In this document: positions 62,880 to 64,000 of the stretch, piece by piece | Layout of the letters: every line of letters starts with the position of its first letter | How positions within the stretch are numbered: position 1 is the stretch's first letter | Origin: Pristiophorus japonicus | Taxonomy: Eukaryota | Assembly: GCF_044704955.1 (NCBI RefSeq) | Contig: NC_091999.1 | Coordinates: 23,064,001 to 23,128,000, forward strand | Direction of reading: 5' to 3' | DNA: 64,000 bases | Made by a program: the position numbers and the translations under genes | Notes under the pieces: generated by a model | What the model saw: only the letters and a program-made list of their open reading frames with translations | Told to the model about the DNA's origin: nothing | Database searches by the model: none

Positions 62880-64000
62880 GAGTAGACCTTCTCTCTATTT
62901 ATATTACGCTAGGATCTAGCTCTGTTTATATTACACTAAACCCTATCCCTGTTTATATTACACCAGATCCTGTCTCTGTATATATTACACGAGACCCTGT
63001 CTCTTTTTATAATACACTGGACCCTCTCTCTGTTTATATTACACTAGACCCTGTCTCTGTTTATATTACACTAGATCCTGTCTCTGTTTATATTCCCCAA
63101 GATCCTGTCTCTGTTTATATTACACTAGACCCTGTCCCTATTTATATTACACAAGATCCTGTCTCAGTTTTCATTACACTAGACCCTGTCTTATTTTATG
63201 TTACACACGGCCCTGTCTCTGTTTATATTACACGAATCTCTGCCTCTGTTTATATTACACATGGCCCTGTCTCTGTTTATATTACGCGATACCCTATCTC
63301 TGTTTATATTACACGAGGCCATGTCTCAGTTATTAATGCACGATACCCTTTGCTATATTATGTTGGACCCTGTCACTGTTTATATTACACTATCCCCTGT
63401 CTTTTTATGTTAGATTATACCCTGTCTCCGTTTATATTACACTAGACCCTCTTTCTTTTTAAATTACACTAGACCCTGTCGCTGTTTCTATTACACTAGA
63501 TCCTGTCTCTCTTTATATTACACGAGACACTGTCCCAGTTTATATTGTACTAGATCCTGTCTATATTTATCTTACACTGGACCCATTTTTAATTATATTA
63601 CACGAGACCCTGTCTCTGTAAACATTACATTGGACCCTGTCTCTCTATATTACACTGCTTTCTGTCCCTGTTTATATTACACTAGACCCTCTTGCTGTTT
63701 ATATTACACTAGACCCTGTCCCTGTTTCTATTACACTAGACCCTGTCTCTGTTTATATTACACTAGCCCCTATCTCTGTTAATATTACACTAGACCATGT
63801 CCCTGTTTACATTACCCTAGACCCTGTCTCTGTTTATATTACACTAGACCCTGTCCCTGTTTATATTACACTAGACCCTGTCCCTATTTATATTACACTA
63901 GACCCTGCCACTGTTTATATTACCATAGACCCTGTTTCTGTTTATGTTACACGGGACCCTGTATTTTATATATTACACAAGACGCTGTCTCTGTTTACAT
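62880..64000 (-). repeat. 27-bp satellite, right arm (inverted), runs off the window
   Basis: TAGACCCTGTCTCTGTTTATATTACAC units. Confidence 0.95.

Noticed and set aside
62160-63445. Repetitive ORFs (ITLDPVSVY)n
   Set aside because: Consequence of a 27-bp unit lacking stops in one frame
61760-64000. CRISPR-like appearance of the short repeats
   Set aside because: Contiguous units without unique spacers, no cas genes, vertebrate context

Overview
Eukaryotic (vertebrate) genomic DNA, almost certainly from a cartilaginous fish. This is inferred from the cluster-type IgH minilocus, the shark-style VH/Cmu sequences and a repeat landscape dominated by CR1, L2 and RTE elements; there are five N-gaps. 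Main content: (1) a complete but inactivated IgM heavy-chain minilocus on the minus strand (L-VH-[germline-joined D-J]-CH1-CH2-CH3-CH4/secretory-TM1-TM2, 56169->41858). (2) About 3.3 kb downstream of TM2, two decayed TCR alpha/delta-type V segments lying head-to-head, each with its own RSS; the ORF track does not identify them. One is inverted relative to IgM with a good 23-RSS, so it is 12/23- and orientation-compatible with the 12-RSS of the pre-joined DJ. (3) Two GPCR pseudogenes: a two-exon GPR139/142-like gene (+) and a P2Y-like gene (-) split at its DRY motif by a CR1 insertion. (4) One full-length CR1 LINE with both ORFs open, a TATA-bearing 62-bp monomer 5'UTR and a candidate -1 frameshift site (G_TTA_AAC) linking ORF1 to ORF2. 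(5) Many truncated CR1/L2/RTE/SINE copies and minisatellites; two arrays appear to derive from CR1 coding sequence and one 27-bp satellite forms inverted arms. All calls were made by eye. Repeat boundaries are approximate (tens of bp), while exon and RSS coordinates were counted from the sequence.
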